DNA of 60,613 bases, filler included, from Platydemus manokwari (taxonomy: Eukaryota): assembly GCA_037951405.1 (NCBI GenBank). It is 5 parts of 5 records of this genome, joined end to end, with 100 filler letters (N's around TTAATTAATTAA, not from the genome) between each part and the next. Parts side by side here need not be neighbours in the genome. Positions count along the whole stretch, not along the records: positions 47,045 to 60,613 come from JBBMOY011688066.1; 4 more parts are not named here. One strand, 5' to 3'. Shown here piece after piece: positions 55,492 through 60,613 of the stretch. Position 1 is the first letter of the stretch. The number at the start of each line of letters is the position of its first letter. The notes below the pieces were generated by a model. That model made no database searches, was not told the origin of the DNA, and saw only the letters and a program-made list of their open reading frames with translations. The position numbers and the translations under genes are program-made.

Positions 55492-56271
55492 CTAATTTTT
55501 CAAATTGTAAACGGAATCCTTTGCAAAATCGTCACGCATTCTACTGATGGAATTGGTCAATTCGATCTTTTGAGGATTTGGTTCCATTTGAATAGTGCGT
55601 GTCGACTTCATTGTATTGGCTGTCGTAATGACATCCTGCCGCAGATCCGTCAAATCCCACAGCCTCATTGTTGTATCATGGGAAATTGTATAAAGGATAT
55701 TCTCAATGATCTGAAAACATTTCAAAATATCAAATTCTCAAATGGCGATAAAAATATTTTTGCCATCCATTCCGCGGTCGACGGTGCAAAAATGTCAAAC
55801 CTATTTCTCATCAAGGTGAAACGAAAAACATTTTATTGCAGATTTTATCAAAAAATTATCGAAAGAAAAAATTCTGAATAAATTATTCATGTTTTTGTGA
55901 AAGAATCAAAATGAAAATCAATTAATTTTTATCGAATGTCATGACAACCGACTGTCCAATTTCTATCCATAACGATTTCCCATGGCAACGGAAAATATAA
56001 CAAAACCAATATTTGTTCATTGAATAAATAGCTGATTAAAATAATCGATTGTTGCAACATTTTTGATCAAAATTATTTTGTTCAATGCCACTTTGATTTA
56101 TTGAATTAATTTGTGAATGGAAATTTTAAAAATCCGAACATAGAAATGAATCACGTTAAGCAATTACCTGGAATCCATTTATATTCGAGCAATGGCCTTT
56201 AAATACACGGATAAGAGATCCAGTTTTTGCATCGAAACACCTAGCTATCCCATCACCACAAGAAGTGAAAA
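55492..56271 (-). CDS. WDR86: WD40-repeat protein, WDR86-like, last two exons
   Basis: Exons 56271-56168 (FTSCGDGIARCFDAKTGSLIRVFKGHCSNINGFQ) and 55710-55492 (IIENILYTISHDTTMRLWDL...stop) resemble the WDR86 C-terminal repeats (FTGSGDACARAFDAQSG...LYTASHDGALRLWD). Upstream exons were not found in the window. Confidence 0.75.
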
Positions 56272-56726
56272 CTGTATGATAAGAATATGTTATCAATGAT
56301 AATAGTAATAATAATAGTCCAAATTGTGGGCAAAAATTAAAAGAAGAAATTTTAGTAATAATTTTAAAATTAAAATAATTTTTGAAATTTTATTAAATTA
56401 TTTAAAATTTTAAATGAAGTGATTTTTAAATAATTAAAATTTTTTTTTAAAATATATTAATGTTTATATTCCTGTTTAAGATTGATAGTTAAAGAAACTG
56501 CCCGAAAAAGATTTTAATTTGCTTCCAATAATAAAAATTACGTAAATCGTCTAAATGAATACTTCTAAAGAATCTACAACTTTAAACGAGGAGCCACCAC
56601 TGACCCAAATAATATCACGATTGAAAGTTGAAAAACGCTCCTAATCTATTTGAAAAGTCACCACACTAAATTATGCATTTAAGAATAATTACTTAAACAA
56701 ATTAATATTAATTTAAAAGACATTTT

Positions 56727-57328
56727 GGCTTAAGTTAAAAAAGATCCTAAAATGAAATTTCAAATTTCTTGAGTTTATTACAAAATTCTATATAGTTTAT
56801 TTAATTATATTTAAAAAATTTTCAATGCTTTATTTAAGTACTTAAGAAGAATTTCAGTGGTTTGAAATCAATCATTAAATACAATGGAGCTTAAAAATCT
56901 CCTAAAATTTAATTATTTGAAAAAATGAAAAAAGTAGGTCGAATCGCAATTTATTGAAAATTAGCATTGGACCCCTTTTCTAGCATTAGAAGCAAATTGA
57001 GAGATACTCTCAATTTTTACAGTTATTTTATAAAAATAACCAATGATATTATTAAAATATCTGTAATTAACTTACTCGATTTATAATTACAAAAATTTAA
57101 ATTTAAAAACTCAAATAATCATATAGAAGTGTTGCGATTAGACTGGGAACTTGGATTTAAAACTAAGTTTTGTCACTATTAGACATCTTAAAAAATGAGA
57201 TATTAACTGAGTTATACGGATAAATGAAATATAGCAGTTATATATAGATTAAGTTATAAAATTATCTGATTCGCGAAAATTCATTATAACGAAAGTAGGT
57301 AAAAGGACCACTTTTCTTAGCTTAAGCC
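56727..57328. mobile_element. 602-bp non-autonomous DNA transposon (MITE) with 8-bp target-site duplication
   Basis: TIRs GGCTTAAGTTA / TAGCTTAAGCC, with a perfect direct repeat GACATTTT at 56719-56726 and 57329-57336. A second copy lies near 37805-38330. Confidence 0.85.
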
Positions 57329-59849
57329 GACATTTTAAATGTAATTTTTCAAATTCTCTCAAAAGCAATGATTATGAATAAAAACAAAATACAAATTACG
57401 CAATCCTTTGAATATGCGGACACTGCTAACAGTATGTCGATGACCACGATAAACTCTTGTCGAATTGCCGCCATCAATAACCCATGCTCTGACGGTGTGA
57501 TCACTGCTACCGGAGTAAATAATTTTGTTTGATATCTTGAAAAATAACTCAATGAAAAAACATTTAAAAACTCAATTATTAAATAAATTAAAGTTCTTTA
57601 AAAATTAAATTTTTAATAAAAGGAATTCCTCGAATGGCACTCTAAATTTTATGTTGGGATTCTGGATGTTTATTTAGAATATTCAACAACATGAGCTTGT
57701 CTGTCAAAACAACTTTACAACGAATTTCTATTAAAAGAATACCAAAAATAACCATATGTTATATATAATAATAATTTTATTAAAAATTTATAAGAGATTT
57801 ACAAAAGACAAAAAACTGTTAATATACCAGTTAAGAGGTACAAATATGGCGAAAATTTGCAGTATGTAAAGCATAACTGATACATGTGCTATAAAATATG
57901 GAAAGCAGATATTGATGAAAAAGAAGAAGGTGAAAATTCAGTTTGGATGTGAGCCGATGTCCAAAGGCCCGTGGACAGTCTATTATACCAGCAGAACAAC
58001 AAAAATACTCAATAGATTAAATAAACCAAGAAACATAAACAATTGAGGTCCTGTATATTAGAGAATAGACAACACCAAAGAAGGAGAATGACCAAGTAAA
58101 GTACCTAACCAAGAAAAAATAAAAACTATTTGATAACATGGATTGAAATAAGAAATTAGCAATTCCAAAAATTAATAATGAATATTTACAAAGACCCACA
58201 CGATTTTATAAAGCATTGAACTGATAATTTGTTAACTGTGATTTAGTCGAATTAGTAATTCATTTAATTATCCAACTTCAGCTTTGATTTTCTATCAAGA
58301 ATTGTATTTGAAAATTATTTTAAAAATTCTGATAATGATTTTGTTTAGCTAAACGCTATACATTTTCATCCGAATAATTGGATGCATTAATATATGTTAT
58401 ATGAGAAATGTGATGTTGTTGTCAGCTAATTTAACCAGAGAATAGCGGGGGAAACAATATTTGTTAGTGGGTATTGACTGGGTAGACAAGAATAAGTTAG
58501 TATGAATCATGTTTATAAATAATAAAACTTTTTCAATTGAGGATTCACCTCAAAAGTACCACAAACTTTATCAAATTTTATTTTATGTGCATCTTATTAT
58601 GCACATGAATCAATTGTATAATTATTTTTCAAATTATACCCATCTGGTCACTCGTATTCGTACTCTTAAACCACCATGCCATTAACTCGTATGCGATTAT
58701 TCTTTCTTAATATAATCATCAAGTAATTACTTGTTCAGGATCAAGTCATATAGCATTAAATTGTGAACCAGTATCGAGATAATTTCTGGAACTAAAGTTT
58801 AATAGTGATTAAACAAGTTATTATATCTAGCATAAATATATGTCAAACCATATAAACGACTTGTTTGAGTACAAAATAACTCAACATGCATTAATACAAA
58901 AGTACTTTTTAGTATTTCTATAATGAAAGTTTTTTATTATTTTAGTTGAGTTGATAGGTGACTTTCAGAGTTTTTCCTTACAATTTCTCCCTAACTCTCT
59001 TCTTCGTTAAATTCATTGTTTCTTTACTTTTTTATTTTTACTTCATATAAATATTCCAAGCATTTTATCACCAGATTATTGTTAATATTACATCAGTAAT
59101 CATTGAGAAACAATTCGAAATAAAATTGTTGATAACAATCAAATCAGGGCGTAGTTGACGAGCTATTTCACCAATTTAAAAAAAGGAAATTATTTTCAAA
59201 AGTTTATTAAAAATGAATTTAAAATGTGCGGGTTGAACTTCATTGCTCAACTCATAATTAAAAACAAATCTAGTAAAGTAAAATAGATTAAAACACATGC
59301 TATTCATTGATTTATATCTAATTAAAATGAAGTGAAACTTATAGTTGGTATTACGTTTTTTGAAATTTCTTTTACCTACTTGAAATATCACCTCAACGAC
59401 CTTGAATAAAATTACTTTCAGTTAATTCAATTCCACCGAATATCGGTTTCAGCATTCCATTATTTTATCCTGCACTTTTCAATAATATTATAGGGATTTG
59501 TTTCGTCAGTGGGTTAGTTTGGATAACCAAAGCAGGTTATCCAAAAAATGCTACACAAATAAGGACAAATATCTTTTTTACTTCTTATGTTGAATTATTT
59601 ATCAAAAATATTTCGACTGGTGAAGAATTCCTGATTATACGATCGTATCTTAGCAATAATATTGATATTTGATAATATTCATAGAATTGTGTGGCTGTTT
59701 CAGTTTGATACAATTGCTATGTTTGGATAATTTTATTTTGAAATATTTATCAAATCTCGGAATTTATTATTCTCAAATAAATGGATAGATAATGTGGTCT
59801 TTGGATAAAATGAGTTGATTCAGTAATTCACAATGAACTACTAATATTT

Positions 59850-60613
59850 TATAAAACACGCATCGAAAGCGAACTGAACAGACAAGACACTAAATGATGG
59901 ATTTAAACACAACTATTTAAACAAATAAATATAATTCTATATAAAATCAAACTTCATATAAAATTAAATCTTCAAAAATGTAATTCAATTTAAATGTTCT
60001 CATATCCAATGTAAGCCGCTACTACTTAAAGGAACGCATCTAAAACGAACTGTAAAAGACTCGACATTCAATTCTATTCAAAGACAATTATTAAAAAAAA
60101 CAAATAAAATTTAATATCAAATAAAATTCAATATAAATTCAAATTCAATTTGATATTCTCACATCACCCTTTTTAAAATCTTTGATTTTCATATTATTCT
60201 TGATTGACATTGTATCGAATACTCGTAATATTAATCTACGTAAAGCTCTCTTATTCTTCTATCTTTTATGGCTTCTCTGTATCTTCTCTATATCTTCTCT
60301 ATATCTTCTCTATATCTTCTCTATATCTTCTCTATATCTTCTCTATATCTTCTCCATATATTCTCTGTATCATCTCTATATCTTCTTTATATCTAATCTA
60401 CATCTTTTTTATATTTTTTACTTATTCTCTATATGGTATCACATTTTTCTACTTCTTTTCCTGAATTTACAGTCATCAGACTTCTCAGAATCGAATCCAG
60501 ATGCGTGGTCGCCATGTAAGCCGCTACTATTTTATGAAAAACGCATCGAAAACGAACTGAAAAGACTCGACATTCAATTCTATTTAAAGACAATTATTTA
60601 AACAAAATAAATA
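59850..60613 (+). repeat. Three related ~100-bp direct repeats with an 11-mer minisatellite (TATCTTCTCTA)n between copies 2 and 3
   Basis: The unit acgcatc.aaa.cgaactg...agac...ttattt/aaaacaaataaa occurs at about 59855, 60010-60110 and 60512-60613. The minisatellite is at about 60280-60385. Confidence 0.8.

Noticed and set aside
1-60613. Prokaryotic-type systems (CRISPR arrays, defence operons), rRNA or tRNA genes
   Set aside because: The sequence is intron-rich eukaryotic DNA, and I saw no repeat-spacer array or structured RNA gene.

Overview
This is very AT-rich eukaryotic (animal) genomic DNA with many short GT-AG introns (about 40-60 nt) and abundant (AAT)n tracts. That style suggests a flatworm such as a planarian (inference only). 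The window is five contigs joined by identical artificial spacers (N44-TTAATTAATTAA-N44), so adjacency across gaps is unproven. Recognisable genes are the 3' end of COG7, ADCK1 (3' end not found), a tightly packed STUB1/CHIP then TOPORS-like RING E3 pair, two tandem PAR/CES-2-like bZIP paralogs, a PDE4/dunce-like phosphodiesterase (truncated by a gap) and the 3' end of a WDR86-like gene. There is also an isolated LDLa exon and a multi-exon gene with no recognisable family. Mobile DNA includes a decayed Ty3/gypsy element with one LTR, a second gypsy integrase remnant, a TA-flanked MITE, an 8-bp-TSD MITE and an unclassified dispersed repeat. I see no clear novel system. The best leads are an operon-like E3-ligase cluster, the bZIP pair (Cys in the basic region, an ATG created by splicing), decayed cadherin repeats between them, and a possible super-short PDE4.
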